Origin: Peptococcaceae bacterium UBA5752
GTDB lineage: Bacteria; Bacillota; Dehalobacteriia; UBA4068
NCBI GenBank assembly: GCA_002419055.1
Contig: DIFI01000009.1
Coordinates: 69,875 to 133,874 of the forward strand
Length of the DNA stretch: 64,000 bases
Reading direction: 5' to 3'
Translations under genes and position numbers: made by a program
Part shown: piece by piece, positions 40,787 through 51,156 of the stretch
Numbering within the stretch: position 1 is the stretch's first letter
Layout: each line of letters opens with the position of its first letter
Notes under the pieces: model-generated
What the model was told of the DNA's origin: nothing
What the model saw: the letters and a program-made list of their open reading frames with translations, nothing else
Databases searched by the model: none

Positions 40787-41536
40787 ATGATAATAACGAC
40801 TGCAGCAGAAATGGATGCTATGCGTGAAATCGGACATATAGTGGCAATCACACTACGTAAGATGGGTGAGCAAGTAAAACCAGGCATTACAACAAAGGAA
40901 CTAGATGAATATGGACGTCAAATAATGGAGAGCTACGGCGCAAAATCGGCTCCGATTTTCTGCTACGAATTTCCCGGCCATACTTGCATCAGCGTCAACG
41001 AGGTGGTAGCGCATGGTATCCCATCGGACAGGATTATTCAAGCCGGTGATACTGTTAACATTGACGTCTCTGCAATTAAAGATGGATTTTTCAGTGATAC
41101 TGCGACTACATTTGTCGTGCCGCCGGTTAAGCATAGTACGGAGAAGCTGCTTGCTTGTTGCAAGTCAACACTCGATAAAGCTATTGCTGCCGCTTGTGAT
41201 GGTTTTCCTTTAAGTGGCATTGGGTTAATCGTAGAAAAGGAAGCCCATAAGCAAGGATATAATACTATTCGTAATTTATGCGGACATGGTGTTGGCCGTT
41301 CGCTTCATGATGATCCTGAGAGTATATATAACTATCATGAGAAGCGTGACAAACGTTTGCTCAAATCGGGGATGGTATTGGCGATCGAACCGTTCATATC
41401 AGAGGGCGATGATTACGTGCTTGAGGAAAATGATGGTTGGACGCTAAAAACACCTCATAATCATAATGTCGCTCAATTCGAACACACTGTTGTTGTGACT
41501 GACGGAGATCCCATCATTCTTACTGTTGAAAACTAA
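40787..41536 (+). CDS. map: Type I methionine aminopeptidase
   Basis: Pita-bread fold with the metal ligands D...D...H...E...E in conserved spacing. Confidence 0.9.
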   Translation: MIITTAAEMDAMREIGHIVAITLRKMGEQVKPGITTKELDEYGRQIMESYGAKSAPIFCYEFPGHTCISVNEVVAHGIPSDRIIQAGDTVNIDVSAIKDGFFSDTATTFVVPPVKHSTEKLLACCKSTLDKAIAAACDGFPLSGIGLIVEKEAHKQGYNTIRNLCGHGVGRSLHDDPESIYNYHEKRDKRLLKSGMVLAIEPFISEGDDYVLEENDGWTLKTPHNHNVAQFEHTVVVTDGDPIILTVEN

Positions 41537-41553
41537 AAAATGGGGTTATTAAT

Positions 41554-42054
41554 ATGTTAAACGTTGATTTTGAATTACCGCAAATACCTCGCAGCAAAAT
41601 GGAAATTATCTGCGAAGTATTGTCTATAGTTGGTTTAATACTTGCACTGGTAATGATATTTAGTCAATATGCCGTCTTACCGGATGTGATTCCCAGTCAT
41701 TTTGGCCCCAATGGTGTGCCGGATGATTGGAGTAGCAAAAGTGATATCTTCTTTTTTGCCGGTGTTATGGTTTTAATTTACATAATAGTGACAATATCAC
41801 GATTTTTTCCTAAGATGATAAATATCAACGTGACGATCACTAAAAAAAATGCTGTCCCAGTACTTTCAATCATATTTGCGGGATTGTCTTTGACCAAGCT
41901 GATTTGCATTTGGATGTTTTTCTATATTGCCTATGGTATGATTGAAACAGCTAAAGGTAATGCCAACGGCATTGGTATTTTAATTTGGGTTTTTGTTGCC
42001 GCTTTGCTAGTAACCGTGCTAGGTATTCATATTACCAGTAAAAAAGTTACTTAG
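41554..42054 (+). CDS. DUF1648/SdpI-like membrane protein
   Basis: 4 TM helices and the motif PSHFGPNGVPDDWSSK. Confidence 0.55.
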   Translation: MLNVDFELPQIPRSKMEIICEVLSIVGLILALVMIFSQYAVLPDVIPSHFGPNGVPDDWSSKSDIFFFAGVMVLIYIIVTISRFFPKMININVTITKKNAVPVLSIIFAGLSLTKLICIWMFFYIAYGMIETAKGNANGIGILIWVFVAALLVTVLGIHITSKKVT

Positions 42055-42067
42055 TAAAACAATCTAA

Positions 42068-42100
42068 TAAAAAAAGGCCGCTAGTAGCGGCCTTTTTTAT
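42068..42100. terminator. Bidirectional rho-independent terminator (A-tract, GGCCGCUA stem, U-tract)
   Basis: AAAAAAGGCCGCTAGTAGCGGCCTTTTTT lies between convergent genes. Confidence 0.8.
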
Positions 42101-42111
42101 TATATATGGTT

Positions 42112-43650
42112 TTACATCAAAGGAGATATTAAACGGATTACTTCTTGGATTAGACGCGTAAAAAGATTGTGTTTGCAATCCTCTCTTTGAACAAGATACG
42201 AATTACTAACGGTTTCTAATATATCTTTTTTTATTTCGGGTATTATTTTGCTGTTATAGAGACGAACGGCGCATTCAAAATGCAGATAAAAACTGCGGTA
42301 ATCTAGGTTTAATGTACCAACTACTGCAGTTTTGTCATCAGAAATAATTGATTTGCTATGAACGAAACCTTTTTTATATTCATAAACCTTAACTCCGCCT
42401 CTGATAAGTTCCCTATAATAGGAGCGGTTTGCAATGTGGGTTATATATTTGTCCCAGTGTCCGGGTGTGATAATCCTTACATCTACGCCGCTTTTTGCCG
42501 CCAGTTTTAATGCGGTTAACATATTATCATCGGGAATTAAATAGGGTGTAGTTATAAATACATACTGTTTAGCGTTATTGATAATTTGAAGATAGACTTG
42601 TTCTCCGATATTTTCCTCACCAATAGGGTTGTCACAAAACGGTTGGATGAAACCATCATTAGGATATTCTTTAAAATCATTAACAGGTGGAAGATATACA
42701 GTTAACTGCTCAGAGAAATTTAGACTAAAACTCCACATTTGGAGGAACATCAACACAAAACTGCGGACAGCAAGTCCTTTAATCATTATGCCGGTATCTT
42801 TCCAATATCCTAACGGAGATTTAAGATTAATATATTCGTCAGCTAAATTGATGCCTCCGGTAAAAGCAACCTTGCCGTCAATGACAGTAATTTTCCGATG
42901 ATCTCTATTATTTTGAATAACGCTCAAAAAGGGGCGGAAAGGGTTAAAAGCACTACATTCAATACCCATAGCTCTTAATTGCTGTGGATAATCCGCAGGT
43001 AGGCGGTTAAAACAACCAAAATCATCGTAGAGTATGCGCACCTTAATGCCGACGGCAGCTTTTTGACGCAAAATATCGAGTATGGCATTCCACATTACAC
43101 CTTCCTCGATAACATAGTATTCCATGAATATATATTTTTCAGCTTTATTTATTTCATCTATTAAGCTCTTAAACATGGTTTTGCCCTGAGAAAAATACTC
43201 ATACTCAGTGTGGTTGTAAACGGGGAAACCGGCAAATTGTTGCAAAAAATTAATCTGTGTTGCTAACTCTGTAGCCTTGTTTTTTGCTGTATCCAGGGCA
43301 AAAGGGTTATTGTTTAATAGAGAGTTGCTCTGCTGCACCATCGTCATAAAGCGACGGCTAAAGTGATGAGTTGATGATTGAATTCGGTATAGTAAATATA
43401 ATAAACCACCAAACACAGGGAAGATCAAAATTAAGAAAATCCAAGTTAGTTTATATGGGTGTTTTTCTCTTGGGCTGCCGACAATATACAGCGCCACAAA
43501 CAGACTGATCAGTGTTAACGCCACGTTAATCCAGGAAGACAATGCGTTAGTGCTTTCAATAATATAAATTAAAGCAGCTATTTGGATAAGCAGCAGTATT
43601 ATAACTAAGAGACGGTGTCTTAATAAACTACGCAATAAATTTTTTTGCAT
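42112..43650 (-). CDS. cls: Cardiolipin synthase
   Basis: Two N-terminal TM helices and two PLD HKD motifs (HRKITVIDG, HSKSIISDD). Confidence 0.9.
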   Translation of the reverse strand: MQKNLLRSLLRHRLLVIILLLIQIAALIYIIESTNALSSWINVALTLISLFVALYIVGSPREKHPYKLTWIFLILIFPVFGGLLYLLYRIQSSTHHFSRRFMTMVQQSNSLLNNNPFALDTAKNKATELATQINFLQQFAGFPVYNHTEYEYFSQGKTMFKSLIDEINKAEKYIFMEYYVIEEGVMWNAILDILRQKAAVGIKVRILYDDFGCFNRLPADYPQQLRAMGIECSAFNPFRPFLSVIQNNRDHRKITVIDGKVAFTGGINLADEYINLKSPLGYWKDTGIMIKGLAVRSFVLMFLQMWSFSLNFSEQLTVYLPPVNDFKEYPNDGFIQPFCDNPIGEENIGEQVYLQIINNAKQYVFITTPYLIPDDNMLTALKLAAKSGVDVRIITPGHWDKYITHIANRSYYRELIRGGVKVYEYKKGFVHSKSIISDDKTAVVGTLNLDYRSFYLHFECAVRLYNSKIIPEIKKDILETVSNSYLVQREDCKHNLFTRLIQEVIRLISPLM

Positions 43651-43727
43651 TACCGAATTCCTCTCTGTTTTAAGTATATTAGTTTATATGTATTGGGATT
43701 CGGTGTTGTTTGTTAGGTAAATAGCTA

Positions 43728-44279
43728 TTAATTATTGACTGATCTAATTTTTCTTAATGGTTTCTTTTTATACAACAGCGTACTCAGTATTTTGCCGATC
43801 GAAAAACCTATAATAGCTGCCAACAATATAATAAATAGTTTGAGCAGGGCGGTGGAGATGCAGATATCAATTCCGAAATTATTGATGATAACCAGGTTGG
43901 CAATAAAAGCTATAATGGCTAACGTAAATGCAGGAAAGATATTGCCGCCACGAATTATTAATGTTATAAAAGCTGAGGAGATGAGAACGGCTATGAAAAA
44001 GATTATTAATGGTCCTCCGATAGACCGCGTTACGTCGACCTTTCCGAAGTAGGCAATGATACTCCAAATCAGGCAACCAAATGCAATAATCAGTGCGCAA
44101 TTAATTAGACCTAATGTTACCAGAGGTAAGATACGTATTTTTTTAAGGGTACGACGGCGCTTGTTTGCCGGTGGTTTTGAGGGTTGTTGTTTTTGTAGCT
44201 TTATCGCATTAACTGAATTGATGCGATCTCTATTAGAAGCCAACAGGTCATTAACGTTGGAATAACCTTTCATTATCAT
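43728..44279 (-). CDS. Hypothetical membrane protein (basic N-terminus, 4 TM)
   Basis: Hydrophobicity pattern only. Confidence 0.45.
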   Translation of the reverse strand: MIMKGYSNVNDLLASNRDRINSVNAIKLQKQQPSKPPANKRRRTLKKIRILPLVTLGLINCALIIAFGCLIWSIIAYFGKVDVTRSIGGPLIIFFIAVLISSAFITLIIRGGNIFPAFTLAIIAFIANLVIINNFGIDICISTALLKLFIILLAAIIGFSIGKILSTLLYKKKPLRKIRSVNN

Positions 44280-44427
44280 TAACCTCTAGTTTCATATTTA
44301 TTCTTGACTATTTTTCTTCACTATTCGCGTTTTTTCCTTCTATTGACTGTGATAACTAAAGGTTATATGATATAAATGAAGATTATATTTAGTAATCGTC
44401 TGATAATGCTGGGAGTGTAACGAAAAA

Positions 44428-45660
44428 ATGAACAACAACTTAGGTAAACTTATTATTTATAGAAACATCGCTAAGGATCAATTGCTGCTTTTGTATCAGG
44501 CTGCTATTGATGATGAGAAGCGCTGGCCTGATTATTGTCAGATCTTACTGGAGCGAGCCGTAAAGGAGCATATATGCGGAGATGTTTTTGATGCTTGGCT
44601 GCTTGATGCCATAATTTGTGATGATAATTTCTTCAGCCACGCTGCTGCGGTAGCGCCGCTTAATGATCTGCCGGCTACTTTGTTATCAATCGTCGCCGAT
44701 GAATTAAATAACTTGGCAGGGTTGGATGATAAAATGCCTCAGGCTGCTGATCAGCGCTGGCAAAGTTTATTGTCAAAATTGCCGCCTACCCAATCATTGA
44801 ATATTGACAACAGTTACTATAACAGTTTTCGCAGTAATTTTGCTAAAACTTTTCACAATCGCGACGGCGCCGCTGCTACTCGCATGCTGGCTGATTTTTA
44901 CTACCGTTGCGGTTATGGCGCTATCTGCCGCCACAATTTCTTTATTTGGGAAGACGGTCTAAAAGGTGTCGATAACAGTGATCCTATTTCTTTTAATCAA
45001 TTATTTGTTTATGAACGACAAAAACAGTTGATCCGTGAGCATACCAAAACTTTTGTTGCGGGGGGCATTATTAATAACCTCTTGCTTTACGGTGAAAAGG
45101 GTACCGGCAAATCTTCGATGATCAAAGCTGCTGCCAATTTTTTTGCCGATCAGGGTTTAAAGCTGGTAGCGGTCGATTGTCGATATTGGAGTAGCTTAGG
45201 AGAGATATTGCGTATATTGGCCGGCTATCGTCAAAGGTTTATCATTTTTCTTGATGATTTTTCATTTGATGCCGATGATAACATTTACCGTGAAATAAAA
45301 ACTATTATTGAAGGCGGCGTAACAGCTGCTCCTGCCAATACGGTGATTTATGCTTCCTCTAACCGTCGTCATCTGGTATCAGAAAGCTGGGCTGATCGGC
45401 TTCAGCGCAGTGAGGATATGTATATTGGTGACACAGTGGCAGAAAAACTATCATTGGCCGAACGTTTTGGTATAACAATTACTTTTCCGCCGCCTACTCA
45501 AGACGAATATTTAAATATTGTTGATGGGTTAGCCGCCGCTGTCGGTTTGGAGGTTGAATCTGTTATTCTTCATGCTGAGGCGATCAAATGGGAACGTCGT
45601 TATAATTCGCGCAGCGGTAGAACTGCCAAACAATTCATTACCGATATGCTTAATCGCTAA
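44428..45660 (+). CDS. DUF815-type AAA ATPase
   Basis: Walker A GEKGTGKSS and Walker B IIFLDDF are present. Confidence 0.7.
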   Translation: MNNNLGKLIIYRNIAKDQLLLLYQAAIDDEKRWPDYCQILLERAVKEHICGDVFDAWLLDAIICDDNFFSHAAAVAPLNDLPATLLSIVADELNNLAGLDDKMPQAADQRWQSLLSKLPPTQSLNIDNSYYNSFRSNFAKTFHNRDGAAATRMLADFYYRCGYGAICRHNFFIWEDGLKGVDNSDPISFNQLFVYERQKQLIREHTKTFVAGGIINNLLLYGEKGTGKSSMIKAAANFFADQGLKLVAVDCRYWSSLGEILRILAGYRQRFIIFLDDFSFDADDNIYREIKTIIEGGVTAAPANTVIYASSNRRHLVSESWADRLQRSEDMYIGDTVAEKLSLAERFGITITFPPPTQDEYLNIVDGLAAAVGLEVESVILHAEAIKWERRYNSRSGRTAKQFITDMLNR

Positions 45661-45731
45661 ATTACAGAGTTTTGCTTATTTTTAAATTATTTTCATAAGA
45701 ATAATCCATATTATTGATCGGAGTTTTATTA

Positions 45732-46988
45732 ATGCATTTGCCGCTTGCACTACATCATATATTTCAGCCAACTGTTAAAACACCGGATAAACCCTATACG
45801 ACACAGCCGGAAAATCTTTGGACACGCTCGTTTTGCCATATATGTTTACTGGAATTTATGATATTTATATCGGCTCATATGCTGATGCCGACTTTCCCTT
45901 TTTATATTAAAAGCCTTGGCGGTAATGAGCTGATCGTTGGCTTTGTAGCCGGTGCATATGCCTTTTCCGCTTTAGCGATGCGTCCCTTAGCCGGTTGGAT
46001 TCTTGATACTAAAAGCCGCAGTAAGCTATTGATTTATGGTCTGCCGATTGTTGGGCTTATTTTTGTAGCTTATATTTTCATACCTATATTGGCGGTAGCT
46101 ATTTTGCTGAGAATTGTTCATGGCTTTGTTTGGTCGGGAGCTACTACAGCTTCTAACACCAATGCTTGTGATATCATACCCCGCACTCGTTTTGCGGAAG
46201 GAATGGGATTCTTTGGTATGACCAACTCGATCTCTATGGCAATTGCTCCGGCTTTGGGATTGGTTGTGATGAAGGCTCTTGGTTTTAATCTCCTTTTTGT
46301 CGCCGCTGCGGCTATGACTGTTGCCAGTTTTTTAGTAGCGCGACGATTGACCTTCCAACAGGTAACAAATACAACAGTTGCCACCAGTAGTGGAAATTTG
46401 TTTTACCGCTTGTTTAATATTGATGCGCTTCCGGCCTCGGTAGTGGAATTTTTCTCAATGATTAATTATGGCAGCATAAATTCGTTTATCGCACTTTATG
46501 CTGCAAAAACCGGGGTAGGTTCCGGGGGCCTCTTTTTTACCATTATGGCTATCTTTTCGGCGTCTACAAGATTATTCAGCGGTAAATTGACCGATCGACA
46601 CGGGGAGGCACCTATGGTTTATTTTGCCAACTTTTCTTATCTTACCGCATTATTGCTGATCGCTTTTGGTAATAGCTTCTTGACATTTTACAGTGCTGCT
46701 GTCTGCTTTGGTTTGGGGTTTGGTACCAGTATTCCGGCATTACAGGCGATGGCGGTGCGGATAGTGCCGGTACACAGACGCGGTGCGGCTAGCAGTACTT
46801 TTCTTTGCTCGTTCGATATTGCGATTGGTATGGGAGGTATCATAGCCGGCATCCTGGTTACCGCCTTGGGATACCGTACAATGTACGCATTGATGGGTAT
46901 CAGTACGATAATTTCCATACTTACATATCTGTTATGGGCACGCAAAACTCCCTCTGCTTTTAAAAATGCCCAAAAGCTCAAAGCATAG
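45732..46988 (+). CDS. MFS transporter (paralog 1)
   Basis: 12 TM helices. The ATG at 45732 follows a GGAG. It is ~50% identical to the downstream paralog. Confidence 0.8.
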   Translation: MHLPLALHHIFQPTVKTPDKPYTTQPENLWTRSFCHICLLEFMIFISAHMLMPTFPFYIKSLGGNELIVGFVAGAYAFSALAMRPLAGWILDTKSRSKLLIYGLPIVGLIFVAYIFIPILAVAILLRIVHGFVWSGATTASNTNACDIIPRTRFAEGMGFFGMTNSISMAIAPALGLVVMKALGFNLLFVAAAAMTVASFLVARRLTFQQVTNTTVATSSGNLFYRLFNIDALPASVVEFFSMINYGSINSFIALYAAKTGVGSGGLFFTIMAIFSASTRLFSGKLTDRHGEAPMVYFANFSYLTALLLIAFGNSFLTFYSAAVCFGLGFGTSIPALQAMAVRIVPVHRRGAASSTFLCSFDIAIGMGGIIAGILVTALGYRTMYALMGISTIISILTYLLWARKTPSAFKNAQKLKA

Positions 46989-47035
46989 TATAAGTGGCAA
47001 ATCAATTATCTGCCGATAGCCAGCGGAGGCCATCT

Positions 47036-48238
47036 ATGTCTGACCAATCACCGATCAAAAAACAATCACTTTGGAACAAGCCATTCTTGATGGTTTGCTT
47101 TCTTAATATGCTGTTCTTTTTCGGTTTTTATATGTTACTGCCGACGTTTTCTTTTTTCGTCAAAAGCCTTGGCGGAAACGAAGCTATAATTGGGGTTGCC
47201 ATCGGCATTTTTTCGGTATCCTCGGTAATTGTTCGGCCATTTATCGGCTGGTTTCTCGATCATAAAAGCAGGCGTTTGCTGCTATTCGCCGGAGGGGTGG
47301 CAATTATTGCGATTGGTGCCATTTATCCATGGGTAAAATTGATTGCAATTATAATATTACTGCGTTTGATTCATGGCGTAGCTTGGTCTTGTACTACCAC
47401 ATCGGTCAACACTGCCGCTTGTGATATTATTCCCAGGCATCAGCTAGGGGAAGGCATGGCTTACTTTGGCCTTACCAATACTTTTTCAATGGCTATATCT
47501 CCGGCGCTCGGTTTGGCGGTAATGAGTTATTGGGGGTTTATACCGTTGTTTTACAGCTCTTGTTTACTGGCGGTTATTGCTCTGATTTTAGCTTCACAGG
47601 TGAGATTCCCCCGTATTGAATCTGCTGCAGCTACCACTAAGCTGCGGTTTAGTGTTAAAACACTGATTTTCAAAGATTCGTTGCCAGCTGCGGCAATTAC
47701 TTTAAGCACACTATTGACTTATGGTGCGGTTCAGGCGTTTATTGCTCTTTATGCCGTGAAGACTGGTATAGGCAGCGGCGGCATATTCTTTTCGGTGATG
47801 GCGGTTGCGGTTGCAGGCGCGCGGTTAGCCAGTGGTCGAATTGCCGATAGACGCGGCGAGGGTATCCTTGTCTTTGTCTGTAATGGGGCGATAGTCGCCT
47901 CTTTGCTGTTGCTCGCATATGGTCATAGCTTACCGTTGTTTGTTATCGCGGCACTGCTGTACGGCATCGGATTTGGCACACTGGTTCCCACCATGCAGGC
48001 GATGGCGCTGCGGGTAGCGGAACCGGAGCAACGCGGCGCGGCCAGCAGCACCTTTTTGTGCGCTTTTGATATCGGTATTGGCATGGGCGGCATTATCAGC
48101 GGCGTATTGGTTGAAGCTTTTGGCTATAACAATATGTTTACATTGATGGTTGGTGCTGCCGTTATCTCTCTGTTGTTTTATCTGTTCTGGGGTAGACGCA
48201 GCCGCTCGGCTTTCAAAAATGCAATGATGCAAAAGTAA
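47036..48238 (+). CDS. MFS transporter (paralog 2)
   Basis: The ATG at 47036 follows a GGAGG. It has the same architecture as paralog 1. Confidence 0.8.
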   Translation: MSDQSPIKKQSLWNKPFLMVCFLNMLFFFGFYMLLPTFSFFVKSLGGNEAIIGVAIGIFSVSSVIVRPFIGWFLDHKSRRLLLFAGGVAIIAIGAIYPWVKLIAIIILLRLIHGVAWSCTTTSVNTAACDIIPRHQLGEGMAYFGLTNTFSMAISPALGLAVMSYWGFIPLFYSSCLLAVIALILASQVRFPRIESAAATTKLRFSVKTLIFKDSLPAAAITLSTLLTYGAVQAFIALYAVKTGIGSGGIFFSVMAVAVAGARLASGRIADRRGEGILVFVCNGAIVASLLLLAYGHSLPLFVIAALLYGIGFGTLVPTMQAMALRVAEPEQRGAASSTFLCAFDIGIGMGGIISGVLVEAFGYNNMFTLMVGAAVISLLFYLFWGRRSRSAFKNAMMQK

Positions 48239-48257
48239 TATCTTAATAATATAAAAA

Positions 48258-48285
48258 AATAACGCCCTTTGGGGCGTTTTTTAAG
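48258..48285. terminator. Bidirectional rho-independent terminator
   Basis: AAAAAAATAACGCCC-TTTG-GGGCGTTTTTTAA lies between convergent MFS and GNAT genes. Confidence 0.75.
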
Positions 48286-49351
48286 TGTATTCATTGATAC
48301 GGCAACGCATAGGCGGAAAACATTTATTAAGCAGTGTCAGTGTTTGTGAAGTTGCTTCAAAATGGCTTGTATCCGCAGCTTTAGCCCCAAAAACTAATTG
48401 GGTCAAGCTGCCGATATCTGTTGCAACCGGCATAATCATTCCGCCGTTACCGATGTTTAGACAAAATGGTGGGTCTTGATCAATAGTAAATTGGAAACTT
48501 GCTGCTGTATCGGTTGGGTAGGGAAGAATTGGCAGCAAATTTTGGTAATCTACGAGCCGTGCCATCACAAACGGATGTGTTTTCACTGTTGGATCTGAGG
48601 GTAAGTCTATCGGTGCGTTCCAATCGACGTTTGATAAACCTTTGCTGGCCGCTATGCTTGTGGCCTTGGTCTTGGCGCTTGTAAATGCATCCTGATCTGT
48701 ATATCCCATTTCCCGAAGGCGTAACGACGAACCTTCAGTATAACTGATCAAGTAGGAATTTGATGCAATTTCAATCGTAGCTTGATCACACTCGGCTTCT
48801 TCAAGTAGTTTTTGCCAATTAGAGAGGTTTCGCAGTAATTGGCCATGGCAGCCAATATGCATTTGCCGATAGATTTTATCGATTGCATAAATATCATCTG
48901 CGCAAATTGCGCCCTTGCGCCACAAAGTGGTTTCACCTGATTTCGCCGGCCAGCTTAAATACTGTTGCCAATAACAATGGCGAAAGCCGAGCGGCAGATA
49001 AAAATCGGGAATATCACTATATAATAATGCTGTACTGATGTTTTTTTGTTTTAGTTCGGCAATCGTATATTTGATAATAGCTCGTCCAAAGCCTTCACCG
49101 CGTCGTGCCGGTGAGCTGACTACGCCGACCAGATAGGCGGCTGTTACTTTTGTGCTGCGCAGATTGAGCAAATAGGGGGCAATTTGGGTTACGGCGACAA
49201 TTTCGCTGCCATCGCAGCAGACTAAAGTTAGTTCAGGCCGGTAGACACGCGTAAAATACCAGCTGAAATATGGTTCCCAGCTCTCGAATTCAGACTTCCA
49301 AAGTTCTTTGATCGCCGGAGTATCGTAATTGTTGGCATAACGAAGTATCAT
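48281..49351 (-). CDS. GNAT-family N-acetyltransferase (Eis-like, with C-terminal extension)
   Basis: The GNAT motif A core reads VGVVSSPARRGEGFGRAII. Confidence 0.7.
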   Translation of the reverse strand: MILRYANNYDTPAIKELWKSEFESWEPYFSWYFTRVYRPELTLVCCDGSEIVAVTQIAPYLLNLRSTKVTAAYLVGVVSSPARRGEGFGRAIIKYTIAELKQKNISTALLYSDIPDFYLPLGFRHCYWQQYLSWPAKSGETTLWRKGAICADDIYAIDKIYRQMHIGCHGQLLRNLSNWQKLLEEAECDQATIEIASNSYLISYTEGSSLRLREMGYTDQDAFTSAKTKATSIAASKGLSNVDWNAPIDLPSDPTVKTHPFVMARLVDYQNLLPILPYPTDTAASFQFTIDQDPPFCLNIGNGGMIMPVATDIGSLTQLVFGAKAADTSHFEATSQTLTLLNKCFPPMRCRINEYT

Positions 49352-49369
49352 TTGCTAACTCCCTGATTG

Positions 49370-50281
49370 CTATTTTTGATTAATCTGATCGCAGCGGCGT
49401 AATATATATTTATTCTCAAGATGGCAAGGATGATAGCTGAGTTTTGCTTTGCACTGACCTTCACAATCCATATCTTCGGCACGGTTGATGTAATTATATC
49501 CACTACAGTAATTACGTACAAAAAATTGATTAATTGCCTGAAACGTACCAGGCAAATGACTATTGCCCTTCTCGATGTGGATCAAAAATGTATCTTCGTT
49601 AAGCGGTTCACCGATAGTGAACGCTTCTATAGATTCCCCGACCATTAGGCAGGCGCTGCTGCAGCCTTTAAGTTCGCTGATATGGTCGAGCGCCGTCATT
49701 ACGCCTTTTTGCTCCATTTGCAGATCATGGTTGTTCATGTCGTGAGAAGCGGCCCACTGTAATTGCCGGTCTTTGCACTTAATCGCCAGTTCCGATGTCA
49801 TTGGCAGCAGACGGTAGTCAGGGTTATCTCTGATAAAGCGGTTGACATGGTTGCGTTTGGCATTGTATTTTTTGCCACGCAGGTATGCCAAATCTTCTTG
49901 AAGGTAAATATAATTAGTGCCGCCGAGAAATTCTTCGGCAACAAGTACGCCGGGCATATATCGTTGATAAAACTCGATGGTTGATTGTGAGGCTTCGTTT
50001 ATCATAAATGGTATGCCTCGCTGCTCATACCAATTTATCAAAGTTTCTGTTGCCTGCAGCCGCGCATTGTCATCGGCAGTGATGGGGGGTAATACTGCAT
50101 CATAGCCACGGAAATCACTCTTGATACATAAAGTATCGTCAACTATGGTCCAGCCATAAGGATCCCAATCACGCCAGATAAAAAAAGCATTAAATGTGTA
50201 AGCTGCCAGTTCATAGCGACGGCCACGCAGATAATGATTAAATAAATCTCTTTGAGCAAGTGTTATTTTATTAAATTCCAT
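49370..50281 (-). CDS. DUF2156 protein (stand-alone homologue of the MprF lysyl-transferase catalytic domain)
   Basis: Conserved DUF2156 N-terminal pattern (YTFNAFFIWRDWDPYGWTIVDD) and length of ~300 aa. Confidence 0.6.
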   Translation of the reverse strand: MEFNKITLAQRDLFNHYLRGRRYELAAYTFNAFFIWRDWDPYGWTIVDDTLCIKSDFRGYDAVLPPITADDNARLQATETLINWYEQRGIPFMINEASQSTIEFYQRYMPGVLVAEEFLGGTNYIYLQEDLAYLRGKKYNAKRNHVNRFIRDNPDYRLLPMTSELAIKCKDRQLQWAASHDMNNHDLQMEQKGVMTALDHISELKGCSSACLMVGESIEAFTIGEPLNEDTFLIHIEKGNSHLPGTFQAINQFFVRNYCSGYNYINRAEDMDCEGQCKAKLSYHPCHLENKYILRRCDQINQK

Positions 50282-50373
50282 ATTACCTCACATAATACTA
50301 ATGATTAATCCAAGCTTTTTATTCTTGTCAAAATGGTATATAATAAACATATGATTTTGGGAGGTATTGTGCT

Positions 50374-51156
50374 ATGTCATCAACTGGTATCGCGTTTAGT
50401 ATCGGCAACCTTAGCGTTCGTTGGTATGGCATTCTCATTAGTTTAGCTTTGGCGCTTGGAATTTATCTTGCCTATCGTGAGGCCAAACGCGAGCGGCTTG
50501 ATGATGAAGAAATGATTAATATATTACTGGTGGTAATACCATCGGCGATTGTTGGCGCACGCCTTTATTATGTTATTTTTAACTGGAGTTTCTATGCGAC
50601 TGATTGGACTAGGATATTTCGCATTTGGGAGGGAGGACTGGCGATTCATGGCGGCATTATCGCCGGTATATTAGTTTGTTGGCTGATGACGCATTGCAAA
50701 GAGCCGGGCTTCTTACGCTGGGCAGATGTGTTTTGTCCCTCGCTGGCAATAGGGCAGGCGATTGGGCGCTGGGGAAATTTCTTTAATCAAGAGGCTTACG
50801 GTTATTCAACCGATCTGCCTTGGGCTATGTATATTGATGGCGCTTATCGTCACCCAACTTTTCTTTATGAATCACTTTGGGATGTCGGAGCATTCATAAT
50901 ATTAATTAAGCTGCTGCGTCGTCCTCATCGCAGAGGCAGCGTATTTGCTATATATCTGATTGTCTATTCAATTGGCCGTTTTGTTATAGAAACATTTCGT
51001 ACCGATAGTCTGATGTTAGGATTTTTACGGACTGCTATGATGGTGTCTATAATTTGTATTACGGCCGGTGTAGTAATATTATATGTTAACCGTAAGTTAC
51101 CATTGCTTGATTTTAATGCGCCGCAAAAACGTCTGAAAGGCAAGAAAAAGAGATGA
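50374..51156 (+). CDS. lgt: Prolipoprotein diacylglyceryl transferase
   Basis: The Lgt signature GRWGNFFNQE and a 7-TM pattern are present. Confidence 0.9.
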   Translation: MSSTGIAFSIGNLSVRWYGILISLALALGIYLAYREAKRERLDDEEMINILLVVIPSAIVGARLYYVIFNWSFYATDWTRIFRIWEGGLAIHGGIIAGILVCWLMTHCKEPGFLRWADVFCPSLAIGQAIGRWGNFFNQEAYGYSTDLPWAMYIDGAYRHPTFLYESLWDVGAFIILIKLLRRPHRRGSVFAIYLIVYSIGRFVIETFRTDSLMLGFLRTAMMVSIICITAGVVILYVNRKLPLLDFNAPQKRLKGKKKR

